Source: an uncultured bacterium
GTDB taxonomy: Bacteria > Caldisericota > Caldisericia > B22-G15
Direction: 5' to 3'
Assembly (NCBI GenBank): GCA_965612865.1
Contig: CBFDTJ010000004.1
Location: 1-41,582, forward strand
Length of the DNA stretch: 41,582 nucleotides
Shown here: piece by piece, positions 17,201 to 25,860 of the stretch
How the letters are laid out: every line of letters begins with the position of its first letter
Numbering within the stretch: the stretch's first letter is position 1
Notes under the pieces: generated by a model
What the model was told of the DNA's origin: nothing
The model's database searches: none
The model's input: only the letters and a program-made list of their open reading frames with translations
Made by a program: the position numbers and the translations under genes

Positions 17201-19856
17201 GGTTATACCAACAATGTATACCCCTCTACCCCTTACATTAACTTTACCTCTGAGAGGTGTGGATAACAGAACGGATGAAGAGAGAGGAAGAGTAGCATCT
17301 GAAACGGCAACATTTAGTGTATTCCCTGTTGCAGATAGTATTAATGGATTTAAGATTGGGGTTACAACCGATCCAGCGGAAGTATCTCAAGGTGGTACAG
17401 GTGCTATCAGTATAAGCGTGACAGACACATCGGATATACCTCAAAATAATGCCTGGATTGAAATATGGGGTTACAATAAAGATGGAACACCAGTTTCAGA
17501 TATGTTCTCAATTGGCGGAGCCGGAACTCCAAATATTGTAATTGACGCATCCCACCTTGATCCACTTAACCAGAATATAATAAACGGAGTTTATACTCAG
17601 ATGAATGTAGGTTTCAACCATTCAGCAGATCCTGAACATGATAGAACACCAATAGAGATTGGAAGATATGTACTTATAAAGGTTTACTCAGGAAATCCAA
17701 CTCTTCCAACATCCAAGATAATGGGATACATTCCTTATGCATTCCCAATAAAACCTCAGATGAACCTTGGAATTTCGCTTCTCTCTATAGATGGTTCTCC
17801 AGCAAGAAATAAAATAACTGCTGGTTTCTCTCACACACTACTTCTTTCTGCTCCCGGTATCCCTGCAGGATCAACAATAATTGCCCTTGGTTCAAAGGGT
17901 TCCACATTTACAGACAATCATGATACAACATATACTCTGACTCTTGGTGAACCTTACCTTGAAGAAGGTGAGGCGAGAATATTTGCTGTTGGACCAAATA
18001 GAGATGTTATGGGAGAACTTGATATACCTATTGTAAAGCCTGTTGCTGAAATAATACCTTCAGATAATATCCTTTCTGCAGAGATAAATGAAACAGTGAC
18101 GATCACACTTAAAGATCCAATAACAAATGCTCCACTGTATGTAGCAAAGATTGGAGTGGACGGAAAGATTGATTCATTCGGTGAACCATTTGGATTTAGA
18201 TCAGCAATAATGACGAAAGAGGAAGTACCAAATGTTTCCAGTGCAACATTTACTGTAAATGCAAGAGATAACCTTAATCCAACACTTCCAGATGCACCAG
18301 AAGTAATTCTTTACTACACAACCACCTCCACTCTTCCAGGGACATATGTTGTTATAAATGAGTTCAGTCTTGTATCTGTAAAAGTGGATGTTGAAATATT
18401 TACATCAAGTGGAAAACCACTGGATAAGGCTATAGTTGGAAAATCAAACAGAATAAAGATAACAGTTACTGATGCACATGGACAGCCTGTGACAGGAGCA
18501 GAGGTAGGAATTACCTTTGCCTATAATTATGATGCCACAATATACGATCTTAAAGGATACACAGATGATAATGGAGTTGTGATATTCACAAACTTTGTAC
18601 CTCAGTATCTTGGTGGTTATGATGTTGTGGTGAAGAAAGAGGATAGAGAATATGTATTTAACGATCTCTTCTTCACCAAAGAACAAACAGAGGATACTGA
18701 ACCACCAGAAATAACAATAACTGAACCAGAGGATGGAGCAACACTAACACAGAATAGCATAACCGTCCTTGGAACTGTTACCGATGAGTCAGAAATTACA
18801 GCTGTCTATGTGAATGGTATGAGAGTTGAACTTCTACCTGATAATTCCTTCATGGTTAATATAACACTTAATGAGGGAGAGAACTTAATAAGGGTTATAG
18901 CCGTTGATGAATTTGGAAATATTGGAATTAAAGAGATCCATGTGACATATAAGATTCCAACATTAACCCTTATCATTGATGATGTTCCAAAGCTTGTGAA
19001 TACCCCAGAGCTTGAAATAACTGGAAAGACTGATCCTGGAGCTACTGTCTATATAAATGATGAAGAAGCAGATGTAGATGACGAAGGAAACTTCTCGATA
19101 ACAGTTACACTCCTTGAAGGTCTTAATACACTTATTATAAGAGCAGAAAAAGGAACACTTTCCAAGACAAAGAAAGTATCAGTAACCCTTGATTCCATTC
19201 CTCCAATACTTAAGGTGAATGTTCCAGAAAAAGTTCAGGATAGAGTATTTGAGGTTTCAGGAACAACAGAGCCAACTGCAACACTTACAATAAACGGGGA
19301 ACCTGTGATTGTTCAGGCAGATGGCACCTTTACATACACAGTTTCTATGCCAGAGGGAGAGAAAGAGATAACTCTTGAATTTAAAGCAGTAGACAGAGCA
19401 GGAAATGAAGCAAAGATAGTAAAGACTGTGATCTATCAGGAAGAGATAATAATAGAGCTTGTGATTGATTCTCCAGTGATTAAAGTAACAAAGAACGGAG
19501 TTACCACATCTGTAATTTACGAAATTGCTCCATTCGTAATGCCACCTGGAAGAACAATGGTGCCATTAAGATTTATTGCAGAGACCTTTGGTGCTACAGT
19601 TGATTGGGATCCAGAAACTGAAGGAATTCACATTGAACTTCCAAGAAGCGATGGAAGTACCATTGTTATAGATATGCAACTTGGAAATAAGATTGCCTAT
19701 GTGAATGGTGAACCATATGCTCTTGAGGTTGCCCCATTCACAGTAGAACCTCAAGGAAGAACTGTTGTTCCAATTAGATTCATCGCAGAGGCATTTGGGG
19801 CTCAGGTTGATTGGGATCCACTCCTTCAGAAGGTCACAATTACATTCTATCCATAG
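11289..19856 (+). CDS. Giant secreted cell-surface protein (~2855 aa): signal peptide, Ig-like domains, two arrays of acidic Ca-binding-like repeats, C-terminal stalk (copper amine oxidase N-terminal-like) domain
   Basis: Signal peptide MRKFLSILMALMLVFTFL at ATG 11289 after AAGGAG/GAAGGT; Ig-like units (DTEPPEITITEPEDG..., GKTDPGATVYIN); duplicated RTMVPLRFIAETFGATVDWD / RTVVPIRFIAEAFGAQVDWD motif at the C-terminus. Confidence 0.88.
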   Translation: MRKFLSILMALMLVFTFLPRIPISFGATSTASVLNVIITPAIVGEVPRIDIVFDLDLPVSANSDNLVVTFPIDAGGDINKEFTLPSAIPTTAVLIDGSNNIVDVQVDLLNRKIAVITSINLFGDPGSVDHHTLTFLPSAGIKNPKTSGYYSLKFHTSQETVDATSPSFFIYPTVFDHLEISPDPAFVESNKFPSTSYVAGFGNHVILRAYPKDIYNNTLYEGFINPFGTYVTNGDSDCGIRVDANDAAHFRYCDSNANGHYDCYDCLYLDSDNSFTISVGDIRITASSCGGSYTPGSAVKEGDVDIGNPLYAPYIFPNPSYVRGEGDLTRPLTNFRTTGDLNEERHAENINSNGAYDYGEFIYRNKTGNDPTVVDAGDRRLTSVTIGGTTYAANSVVAAGDLDEGTPLVLFQNNVEMYYDADLSTYYTPGEDIYKDLDASGSVTVGDQRLTIVTLGTYTYIYNSFVREDEDVGDVLTAFPVNELYYDANGDTIYSPGEWVYRDVDTSGTVTVGDIRLSTVIIGSSSYLAGSVCQVGELDVDKGFALTAFAGNEMFVDSDSSGTYTPGERIYRDLNGDGAVSYSAPADLRLSTPSLRFYDSNLNGTFDSCDLLYLDMDNSHHVSSCDIRMTAVNVWTHDGRFAHYMAGTKVSAGDLDATVYPSLELKDIGILEPDNMFYPFKYRFYDYNLNGVWDSDEPLAYYIDFDDNNVLDSGDFRISSPFNWLWSVPLGGGVIDNNGFYTSPTWTDSTPPQTFTASASLTIKAVTRNNTSTVVVFEGPPKVIVTPQVLWIAPCTDFKYSATVVDANNNPIPMAEKNVDFFAGYPRNTTVDSSPDAGISLVNFAFNEKHTENVEINGNYDAGEWVYRDMDNNGAVSVGDIRLTLVKIGTITYAAGSIVGAMCPTCDVDLGKTLVAFNSNEMHAENVSSTLPATYDPGEWIYRDNDSSSTATFGDRRLTDVVDSDGNVFPANSFVGDTDGGTALIAITNVKFVDLNGNGYFDPGEWLYQDSGATSGVVDANDVRLFSCMCGLSAGNVVAGDGDIGLKLIPFVPVHSENVSIDGKFNGSGTGTNEFTDLNGNCTWDLGEEITPDPNGNDVVDIKEYTYLDVDASGTVSIGDIRVDSVTIPVRNAGGTVVSIVNYDAGSVVEGGDLDIGWTLAAFITGTEKYVDSNNNGQYDAGEYIYDDSGPGNTDYVGVGDKRLIKYESLCPDTTVAAGDPDVTTPPMKLSDFVAVVKWDASGNLYLDVDNDGVVSFGDIRLSEFIDSTVDIDSEGNFHSAACGGGTSRIWASFTYNDGCPGNTCVGNNIVYNEVPVFAQVTMGIKVWVTPESISLISGERKEFSARTEDALYHTVVTPPPVWSILNNDPMYPIGTIDPDTGLFTAQSDTHPSGYVVATIHTTCCGDISSTVPPISPPDWVITSGFVRVNALVDVVKSSFKICGSGFSVNVRWYVDQLGDKLRITITTSGGYAKIIDKTPSVSMPGQWINVPVYVSAQELGLHVGDTATVTVRGEVVPSYPSTKWWLEDYEQFSFQATPLLTVNGSTGCDGILMATIGDTLQGTLTTLSDVDLDGNLDPISFATIVLSGPGRFDEFGNFYLEPWALTTVSTATTDLNGNFSLGTGWFDALGYHGAKYDGIYRIEAQTSPRVSMFVYLKYQETITTDLGTLTVDLSTPQVIEGTFQLPGGLTPGNNDVYVELWKVDPVNGFERKYISNGPINEIPHAGLPPQTYQPVKLGPNGYFKIYAIIDELGSYALFTRVGSEKTKIGDYRFGRYYDQAGNPVPYHPFSIGAPNYQAKLLIEPTTLYANKLCHFTILVTDGTGEPVDEMSLHLANKFSYELPPGWVFQNPQVKPLSKGTYLISGTPIPPAGSGTGSLIVKVSGAALISLPIQAVSLYNPYAYIDVTTVHLDRKMFPPVVGEEYILVFGFYEPPTPGLTVFDPDENWTLSSDETVFMEEVSREDREIRVKVIPTMYTPLPLTLTLPLRGVDNRTDEERGRVASETATFSVFPVADSINGFKIGVTTDPAEVSQGGTGAISISVTDTSDIPQNNAWIEIWGYNKDGTPVSDMFSIGGAGTPNIVIDASHLDPLNQNIINGVYTQMNVGFNHSADPEHDRTPIEIGRYVLIKVYSGNPTLPTSKIMGYIPYAFPIKPQMNLGISLLSIDGSPARNKITAGFSHTLLLSAPGIPAGSTIIALGSKGSTFTDNHDTTYTLTLGEPYLEEGEARIFAVGPNRDVMGELDIPIVKPVAEIIPSDNILSAEINETVTITLKDPITNAPLYVAKIGVDGKIDSFGEPFGFRSAIMTKEEVPNVSSATFTVNARDNLNPTLPDAPEVILYYTTTSTLPGTYVVINEFSLVSVKVDVEIFTSSGKPLDKAIVGKSNRIKITVTDAHGQPVTGAEVGITFAYNYDATIYDLKGYTDDNGVVIFTNFVPQYLGGYDVVVKKEDREYVFNDLFFTKEQTEDTEPPEITITEPEDGATLTQNSITVLGTVTDESEITAVYVNGMRVELLPDNSFMVNITLNEGENLIRVIAVDEFGNIGIKEIHVTYKIPTLTLIIDDVPKLVNTPELEITGKTDPGATVYINDEEADVDDEGNFSITVTLLEGLNTLIIRAEKGTLSKTKKVSVTLDSIPPILKVNVPEKVQDRVFEVSGTTEPTATLTINGEPVIVQADGTFTYTVSMPEGEKEITLEFKAVDRAGNEAKIVKTVIYQEEIIIELVIDSPVIKVTKNGVTTSVIYEIAPFVMPPGRTMVPLRFIAETFGATVDWDPETEGIHIELPRSDGSTIVIDMQLGNKIAYVNGEPYALEVAPFTVEPQGRTVVPIRFIAEAFGAQVDWDPLLQKVTITFYP
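12039..13451 (+). repeat. Protein-level repeat array 1 (about 7 degenerate units, mostly 60-75 aa)
   Basis: Consensus read by eye: (Y/F)xDx(D/N)xxGxYxxGEx(I/V)YxDxDxSGxV(S/T)xGDxRL...YxxGSxVxxGDxDxGxxLxxF. Diverged at DNA level. Confidence 0.85.
13770..15083 (+). repeat. Protein-level repeat array 2 (about 6 degenerate units of the same family)
   Basis: Units such as NGNYDAGEWVYRDMDNNGAVSVGDIRL, VDLNGNGYFDPGEWLYQD, YLDVDASGTVSIGDIRV, YLDVDNDGVVSFGDIRL. Confidence 0.85.
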
Positions 19857-19881
19857 TAGGTTAAGGATTAGAGTTTTAAAT

Positions 19882-19909
19882 AAAGAGGGGCATCTACTGC
19901 CCCTCTTTT
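19882..19909 (+). terminator. Intrinsic terminator after the giant protein gene
   Basis: AAAGAGGGGCA-TCTAC-TGCCCCTCTTT(T): perfect 11-bp inverted repeat 25 nt after the stop codon. Confidence 0.85.
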
Positions 19910-19915
19910 AAATTT

Positions 19916-20506
19916 GTGAGAAAAGAAATGCTTTTAGTTGGAATAGATCTTTCCATAAAAAGAAAATCTGGTATCTGTGTTGTCGACAAATATTTTAAAT
20001 TCATAAACCCTAAGCTTCAGCTTAGTTTAACTGTAAGCTTTGATGAGCTTATAAAGTTCCTTTCAGTAGAAAGAGAGATTCAACTTGTGGCTGTTGATGC
20101 TCCTCTAACATATCCTAATAAAAATTTTAGAGATGCAGAGGTTGATTTAAGAAGAGAGGGGATAAGAACTCTTCCATTGAATTTGTTAAGGGGCATGAAG
20201 AATCTTACTCAGAAGATTACAGGAGTTTATAAAGGAGAAATTGTAGAGACATTTCCAGATGGTGTATTTAAGTTCTTAAAACTTAAAGGCGGAAGGAAAT
20301 TAAAGTCTGATAGAGAAATTTTGTTTAGAGAATTGAAAAGATTTATAAAGTTTCCACATGAGTTCTCAACTACAAACAGAGATTTTATAGATGCATGCTT
20401 GTGTGCCATATGTGGAATATTCTATGTGAAAGGTAAAACAAAAAAGTTTGGTGGCAAAGAAGGAACAATACATCTTCCTCTAATAGAAGATCTTTATAAT
20501 GACTAA
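19916..20506 (+). CDS. DUF429-family protein (predicted RNase H-like fold nuclease); start may be ATG 19928
   Basis: VGIDLS, VAVDAPL, ETFP and DFIDACLCA motifs in the order typical of DUF429. Confidence 0.75.
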   Translation: MRKEMLLVGIDLSIKRKSGICVVDKYFKFINPKLQLSLTVSFDELIKFLSVEREIQLVAVDAPLTYPNKNFRDAEVDLRREGIRTLPLNLLRGMKNLTQKITGVYKGEIVETFPDGVFKFLKLKGGRKLKSDREILFRELKRFIKFPHEFSTTNRDFIDACLCAICGIFYVKGKTKKFGGKEGTIHLPLIEDLYND

Positions 20507-20524
20507 ATTGAAGGAAATTTTCTG

Positions 20525-20533
20525 TGGTATAAT
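20525..20533 (+). promoter_or_regulatory. Extended -10 promoter of the tRNA-Ser/tRNA-Arg/uvrA unit
   Basis: TGgTATAAT ending 9 nt before the mature tRNA-Ser 5' end. Confidence 0.7.
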
Positions 20534-20542
20534 TTAATTTGC

Positions 20543-20636
20543 GGAGAGATGGCCGAGTGGCTGATGGCACCTGCCTGCTAAGCAGGTGAGGGGGTCAACT
20601 CCCCCTCCGCGGGTTCGAATCCCGCTCTCTCCGCCA
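20543..20636 (+). tRNA. tRNA-Ser (GCT)
   Basis: Acceptor GGAGAGA/TCTCTCC plus GCCA; anticodon arm CCTGC-CT GCT AA-GCAGG; long variable arm GAGGGGG/CCCCCTC; GGTTCGAATCC T-arm. Confidence 0.98.
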
Positions 20637-20640
20637 TTTT

Positions 20641-20717
20641 GCGCCCATAGCTCAACTGGATAGAGCGGCGGACTACGGATCCGCAGGTTGTGGGTTCGAC
20701 TCCCGCTGGGCGCGCCA
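20641..20717 (+). tRNA. tRNA-Arg (ACG)
   Basis: Acceptor GCGCCCA/TGGGCGC plus GCCA; D arm GCTC/GAGC; anticodon arm GCGGA-CT ACG GA-TCCGC; GGTTCGACTCC T-arm. Confidence 0.98.
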
Positions 20718-20722
20718 CTTCA

Positions 20723-23542
20723 ATGGAAAAAGATTATATTTTTGTAAAGGGAGCGAGAGTTCATAATTTAAAGAACATTGATGTAAAGATTCCCAGGGGC
20801 AAGATAACAGTGATAACTGGCCTTTCAGGTTCTGGTAAGTCCTCTCTTGCCTTAGATACTATATATGCTGAGGGTCAAAGAAGATATGTGGAATCTCTTT
20901 CTTCCTATGCAAGGCAGTTTCTTGAACTTATGGATAAGCCAGATGTTGATTTTATAGAGGGGTTATCACCAGCTATTGCTATTGATCAGAAATCTACATC
21001 CCATAATCCTCGTTCCACTGTGGGTACAATGACTGAAATATATGATTATATGAGGCTTCTCTTTGCAAGAATAGGAATTCCCCACTGTCCAAAATGTGGA
21101 AGGGAGATTAAGAAACAGACCCCCCAGGAGATAGTTGATAAAATACTGACTTTAAAAGAAGGAACAAAGATAATGATTTTATCCCCTGTGGTTAGAGGGA
21201 GAAAGGGAGAATACAGGAATCTATTTGAGAAGCTAAGAAAGGAAGGTTTTGTAAGAGTCAGGGTTGACGGAAGTATCTTTACCCTTGATGAGGACATTGA
21301 GCTTGATAAGTATAAGAAGCATGATATAGATGTCATTGTTGATAGATTAATTGTAAGAGAGGATATAAAAGAAAGACTCACTGATTCCATAGAGATTTCT
21401 CTTAAATATGGAGATGGACTGGCAAAGATACTCATAGTTGATACAGGCGAGGAGAAGATTTTTTCTGAAAAATTTGCCTGTCCTGTTTGTGGTATCTCTC
21501 TTCCAGAAATAGAACCTCGTTTATTTTCTTTTAATTCCCCTTATGGTGCCTGTCCTGTTTGCGGGGGGCTTGGTGTAAAAATGGAGGTTGATCCCGACCT
21601 TGTTATACCTGATAAGAGTTTATCATTAAGTGAAGGAGCCATAAAAGTTCCTGGATTCCAGAGTATGAATGGGTTTTTCTTTGAGATAATAAGAACTCTC
21701 TCTGAAATCTATGATTTTGACATATATACACCAGTAGAGGAGATTGATGAGGAAGCAATAAAGATAATTCTTTACGGAAGCTCAAGCAGAATTCCCATAA
21801 ATTATATTTCAAGCAATGGGAGAAGTCATAAATACTATATAAGATGGGAAGGAATTATTCCCTCCATTGAGAGAAGATACAGAGAAACAGATTCTCACGA
21901 AATGAGGGAAATATACGAAAGATTTATGAGAGTCCTTCCATGTCCTGCCTGTAAAGGAACAAGATTGAGAGAAGAGGCCCTCTCAGTTACTATAAATGGT
22001 AAAAATATAGCTGAAGTTTCATCTATGAGTATAAGGGATGCACTTATGTTTTTTAAGAATCTAAAACTTACAGAAACAGAAAAGATTATCTCAAAGCAGA
22101 TTTTAAAAGAGATCAAATCGAGGCTTAAGTTTCTTATGGATGTTGGTCTATCCTACCTTACTATAGATAGAGAATCAAGGACTCTTTCGGGAGGAGAAGC
22201 GCAGAGGATAAGACTTGCAACCCAAATTGGTTCGGGACTTACTGGTGTTCTTTATGTTCTTGATGAACCGACCATAGGTCTTCATCACAGAGATACAAAG
22301 AGACTTTTAAATTCATTAAAGAATTTAAGAGATCTGGGAAACACCCTTATAATAGTTGAGCATGATGAAGAAACCATTAGAGAGGCAGATCACATTATCG
22401 ATATGGGTCCGGGTGCAGGAGAGAATGGAGGGAATGTTGTTTGTTCGGGCACCATAGAAGATATAATTAATTGTAAAAATTCCATTACAGGAAGATATCT
22501 AAAGGGTGAAGAGAAAATAGAAATTCCAAAAGTAAGAAGGAGAGGGAACGGAAAATATTTTGAGATTATTGGGGCAAGAGAGCACAACCTTAAGAATATA
22601 AATGTAAAAATTCCCCTCAATACATTTGTATGTATAACAGGTGTTTCAGGTTCAGGAAAATCCACACTCCTGTATGATATAGTTTATAAGGGATTAAAGG
22701 AAATATTCTATAAATCTCCAGAGAAACCGGGGAAGTTTAAAGAGTTTAGAGGTCTTGAGAATATAGACAGGGTTGTTATGGTGGATCAATCTCCCATAGG
22801 GAGAACTCCAAGAAGTAATCCAGCAACATACACTGGAGTTTTTACTCCCATAAGAGAACTTTTCTCAAAAACTCCTGAGGCAAGAGCAAGAGGATATAAA
22901 CCAGGTAGATTTTCCTTCAATGTAAAAGGGGGAAGATGTGAGGCATGTGAAGGTGCCGGAGTAAAAAGGATTGAAATGCAATTTTTACCTGATGTTTATG
23001 TAACATGTGAGGTTTGTAAAGGAAAAAGATATAATAGAGAAACCCTTGAAATTACATGGAAGGGAAAGAATATATCTGATGTTCTTAATATGACTGTGAA
23101 TGAGGCATACAAATTCTTTGAAAATGTACCCAGCATAAAGAGAAGGCTCTCGCTCCTTATGGATGTCGGTCTTGGATATATAAAACTTGGACAACCAGCA
23201 CCAACGCTTTCCGGTGGTGAAGCACAAAGGGTTAAGCTTGCCACCGAGCTTTCAAAGAAGTTTAAGGGTCATACCCTTTATTTACTTGATGAACCTACAA
23301 CAGGTCTTCATTTCGATGATGTAAAAAAACTTCTCTCTGTCTTAAATAAACTCGTGGACAAAGGGAACACAGTTATAATAATAGAACATCATCCAGACGT
23401 GATAAAATCTTCTGATTGGATAATTGATCTTGGACCTGAAGGGGGAGATGAGGGGGGATACATAGTTGCAGAGGGAACACCTGAGGATGTTTCCAAAGTA
23501 AAAACCTCTTACACAGGCAAAATGTTAAGGAGAGTTCTATAG
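20723..23542 (+). CDS. uvrA: Excinuclease ABC subunit A
   Basis: [10 protein letters not shown], two Walker A motifs ([16 protein letters not shown]), CxxC zinc fingers, two LSGGEAQR signatures. Start moved to ATG 20723 because the ORF-track start at 20690 lies inside tRNA-Arg. Confidence 0.98.
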   Translation: MEKDYIFVKGARVHNLKNIDVKIPRGKITVITGLSGSGKSSLALDTIYAEGQRRYVESLSSYARQFLELMDKPDVDFIEGLSPAIAIDQKSTSHNPRSTVGTMTEIYDYMRLLFARIGIPHCPKCGREIKKQTPQEIVDKILTLKEGTKIMILSPVVRGRKGEYRNLFEKLRKEGFVRVRVDGSIFTLDEDIELDKYKKHDIDVIVDRLIVREDIKERLTDSIEISLKYGDGLAKILIVDTGEEKIFSEKFACPVCGISLPEIEPRLFSFNSPYGACPVCGGLGVKMEVDPDLVIPDKSLSLSEGAIKVPGFQSMNGFFFEIIRTLSEIYDFDIYTPVEEIDEEAIKIILYGSSSRIPINYISSNGRSHKYYIRWEGIIPSIERRYRETDSHEMREIYERFMRVLPCPACKGTRLREEALSVTINGKNIAEVSSMSIRDALMFFKNLKLTETEKIISKQILKEIKSRLKFLMDVGLSYLTIDRESRTLSGGEAQRIRLATQIGSGLTGVLYVLDEPTIGLHHRDTKRLLNSLKNLRDLGNTLIIVEHDEETIREADHIIDMGPGAGENGGNVVCSGTIEDIINCKNSITGRYLKGEEKIEIPKVRRRGNGKYFEIIGAREHNLKNINVKIPLNTFVCITGVSGSGKSTLLYDIVYKGLKEIFYKSPEKPGKFKEFRGLENIDRVVMVDQSPIGRTPRSNPATYTGVFTPIRELFSKTPEARARGYKPGRFSFNVKGGRCEACEGAGVKRIEMQFLPDVYVTCEVCKGKRYNRETLEITWKGKNISDVLNMTVNEAYKFFENVPSIKRRLSLLMDVGLGYIKLGQPAPTLSGGEAQRVKLATELSKKFKGHTLYLLDEPTTGLHFDDVKKLLSVLNKLVDKGNTVIIIEHHPDVIKSSDWIIDLGPEGGDEGGYIVAEGTPEDVSKVKTSYTGKMLRRVL

Positions 23543-24610
23543 ATATGATAACTTCTTCAAAGCTTTCATTTTCTCAGTGTACCCAAGTTTTGCTTTTTCA
23601 ACAGCAGCTCTTAATATTTCTATTGATTCATCGTAGGTTCTTCTATCCACAGGGTATGGATACCCATCCTTTCCACCATGAGCAAAGGAAAAACTCACCG
23701 GATCTTTGAATGATAGATCTGAACCGAATATAAGATGCGAAAGTAGAGCTAATGCTCTTAAAGTTTTTGATCCCACTCCTTCTACAAGTAAAAGTTCCTC
23801 AAAATTATTTAAGGAAAGGTCTTTTAATTTTGCCACTATATTTTTCAGTCTTTTTTCATCATAATCTTCAAAGAATATTGGATGATGGTATGGAAATTTT
23901 ATCTTCTTAATGTCTTTTATTCTGTCTAATTCCTTTAAGGATATCTCCTTAGATATTTTGACAATGTCTTTTCTCGTGGCTTCTATGCTTGAATCAATAA
24001 GATTTAATGGTTTTTCTTTTCTTTCAGAAACTACACCTTTATGGGGATCACTCACAAAACTCTTTATTTCATCTGATAACCAGTGATACCTTCTTGCAAA
24101 CTTACCTTCCTTTTTCATACCCTGTTCAATTACTGCCCATTTTGTATCTTTTGTGTAAATAAAGAAGTGATGATATATTGAAAAACCATCCTGAAGCCCA
24201 TGTGAGTCTACTTTGGCTACAAGTCTTGATATCTTTTTGAGTTCATTTGCTGTGGTAAAGTTTATAAACCCCTTTTCTCCCCATGCCTCTATATCTTTAG
24301 GTGTTCTTATACCTCTTCTTCCCTTGCCTCCTGCAAAGAATATACCAATTTCCCTTTCGACATCCTTGAGACCCTCTTTTAATGCACCTGTAACTGTAGT
24401 TGTAATACCTGATGAATGCCAGTCAAAGCCAAGCACGCATCCAAAGGATTGAAACCAAACTGGATCGGAAATCCTTTTTATAAACTCATCTCTACCAAAA
24501 TCTATAACTATTGAAAGGGTAATTTCCCTTGCCAGCTTAACCATCCGAGAGAACAGCCATTTTGGTGCCTTACCTCCATGAAGAGGTAAGTCTGCATAGC
24601 CCCTTCTCAT
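23537..24610 (-). CDS. DUF763-family protein with C-terminal helix-hairpin-helix-like motif
   Basis: [66 protein letters not shown] 24610 forms an ATGA overlap with the upstream gene stop. Confidence 0.85.
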   Translation of the reverse strand: MRRGYADLPLHGGKAPKWLFSRMVKLAREITLSIVIDFGRDEFIKRISDPVWFQSFGCVLGFDWHSSGITTTVTGALKEGLKDVEREIGIFFAGGKGRRGIRTPKDIEAWGEKGFINFTTANELKKISRLVAKVDSHGLQDGFSIYHHFFIYTKDTKWAVIEQGMKKEGKFARRYHWLSDEIKSFVSDPHKGVVSERKEKPLNLIDSSIEATRKDIVKISKEISLKELDRIKDIKKIKFPYHHPIFFEDYDEKRLKNIVAKLKDLSLNNFEELLLVEGVGSKTLRALALLSHLIFGSDLSFKDPVSFSFAHGGKDGYPYPVDRRTYDESIEILRAAVEKAKLGYTEKMKALKKLSYL

Positions 24611-25266
24611 TCTATGGAAACTTCTAAAATCCAATTCTCCTCTGAAAGATTTTCTACGAGCTCATCAATTTTAAGATTGGTAGGTACGCTTATATAAAGA
24701 ATTATATTTAGATATGTCTCAGTTCTCTCAAATTTTACATTATCTATATTTATTCCATGTTCTCCAAGAATTGTTCCAATTTTTCCAAGTTGCCCCGGTT
24801 TATCCGTAACTTTAACCAAAAGGATTCTTTTCCTTCTCTCTTTTTTTCCAAAGACTCCGATCTCAAAATCCTTTAGAAGTATCAGGGTAAGGAATGTCAA
24901 AAGAGAAACAAGGAAGGCTGGTAAATAAAGTCCAATCCCACATGAGAGTCCAATTGCAGCAGATACCCATACAGTTGCTGCAGTGGTTAATCCTTTTACA
25001 GAAAATCCTTCTTTTATGATGGTGCCTGCGCCTAAAAAGCCAATTCCAACAACAATATTTGCAGCAACTCGGCCAGGATCATTGGCAGTTCCAAAGAGCT
25101 TATAGAAGTATATGGAACTTATTGTGAAAGAAGCTGAACCTACAGACACAAGTATATGAGTTCTGAGCCCTGCTGGCCTGTTCATTTTCTCTCTTTCAAA
25201 TCCAATTAACCCTCCAAAGACAAACGCAAGGAGGATTTTAAAAAGAATCTCAAGGAACTCTCCCAT
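24607..25266 (-). CDS. MgtC/SapB family membrane protein with C-terminal ACT domain
   Basis: IGFERE..RPAGLRTHILV, DPGRVAANIVVGIGFLGAG, GLTTAATVW; ACT motif DKPGQLGKIG. Confidence 0.92.
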   Translation of the reverse strand: MGEFLEILFKILLAFVFGGLIGFEREKMNRPAGLRTHILVSVGSASFTISSIYFYKLFGTANDPGRVAANIVVGIGFLGAGTIIKEGFSVKGLTTAATVWVSAAIGLSCGIGLYLPAFLVSLLTFLTLILLKDFEIGVFGKKERRKRILLVKVTDKPGQLGKIGTILGEHGINIDNVKFERTETYLNIILYISVPTNLKIDELVENLSEENWILEVSIE

Positions 25267-25273
25267 TTACTAC

Positions 25274-25282
25274 ATTATAGCA
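25274..25282 (-). promoter_or_regulatory. Extended -10 promoter (TGcTATAAT) for the MgtC-family gene, likely leaderless
   Basis: Minus strand reads TGCTATAAT-gtagtaa-ATG (7-nt gap); no SD. Confidence 0.7.
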
Positions 25283-25305
25283 TTTTGACCTGAATAATTT
25301 ATTGA

Positions 25306-25827
25306 TTATGCCCTTATTATGTTGTTGTTCTTTTTGGTCTTTTTTGTCTCAAGGGTTAAATAGTAAGCTTTTGGATCCTCCTTTTTGAGGAACTTTTCAA
25401 ACTTCTTAATGTTCTTTTTAGGCATTGTTATATAAAGTACTTTCTTGTCTCCATAATACCCTTTACCATCCAGTTCTGTTAATACATAACCTTCCTTCCT
25501 TAGCTTAAACGCAAGGTCAATTCCTCCTGTTGACGGTACAACAATGAATGTTTCAACTCCAATACCTACCTTTTCCTCTATAAAAATGGCAAAGTAATTT
25601 CCAAGAGCGAAACCAAGCGCGTAAACAATTATATTTACAAGATTATCAAGATGAGAGAGCACAAGACTTAAACCATAAATATATATTATTGTTTCAAAGA
25701 AAGATATAACAAATGTCCATAATTTATATCCCTTAACCATGAGTATAGTTCTTAGTCCTGCCATTGTCATTCCAACGAATCTTATAAGGAAGATAAGGAA
25801 GGCGATTTTAAGAGCTTCTATATCCAC
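25306..25827 (-). CDS. UPF0316/DUF2179-family membrane protein
   Basis: LRTILMVKG, FFETIIY, YALGFALGNY..IEEK and a C-terminal PII-like segment 'GKGYYGDKKVL'. Strong SD AGGAGGTG before the GTG start. Confidence 0.8.
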   Translation of the reverse strand: MDIEALKIAFLIFLIRFVGMTMAGLRTILMVKGYKLWTFVISFFETIIYIYGLSLVLSHLDNLVNIIVYALGFALGNYFAIFIEEKVGIGVETFIVVPSTGGIDLAFKLRKEGYVLTELDGKGYYGDKKVLYITMPKKNIKKFEKFLKKEDPKAYYLTLETKKTKKNNNIIRA

Positions 25828-25844
25828 CTTTCACCTCCTTTCGG

Positions 25845-25853
25845 TGGTATAAT
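25845..25853 (+). promoter_or_regulatory. Extended -10 promoter (TGgTATAAT), likely leaderless
   Basis: 7 nt before ATG 25861; no SD on this strand. Confidence 0.65.
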
Positions 25854-25860
25854 TAATTTC

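Noticed and set aside
19446..19853. Copper amine oxidase enzyme
   Set aside because: Only the non-catalytic stalk-type domain is present; no catalytic domain was recognised.
11289..20717. Giant gene plus DUF429 as an island integrated at the tRNAs
   Set aside because: No integrase and no duplicated tRNA 3' end seen; the genes are on the tRNA 5' side and the 3' side runs straight into uvrA.
20690..20722. N-terminal extension of UvrA in the ORF track
   Set aside because: Lies within tRNA-Arg; UvrA homology starts at ATG 20723.
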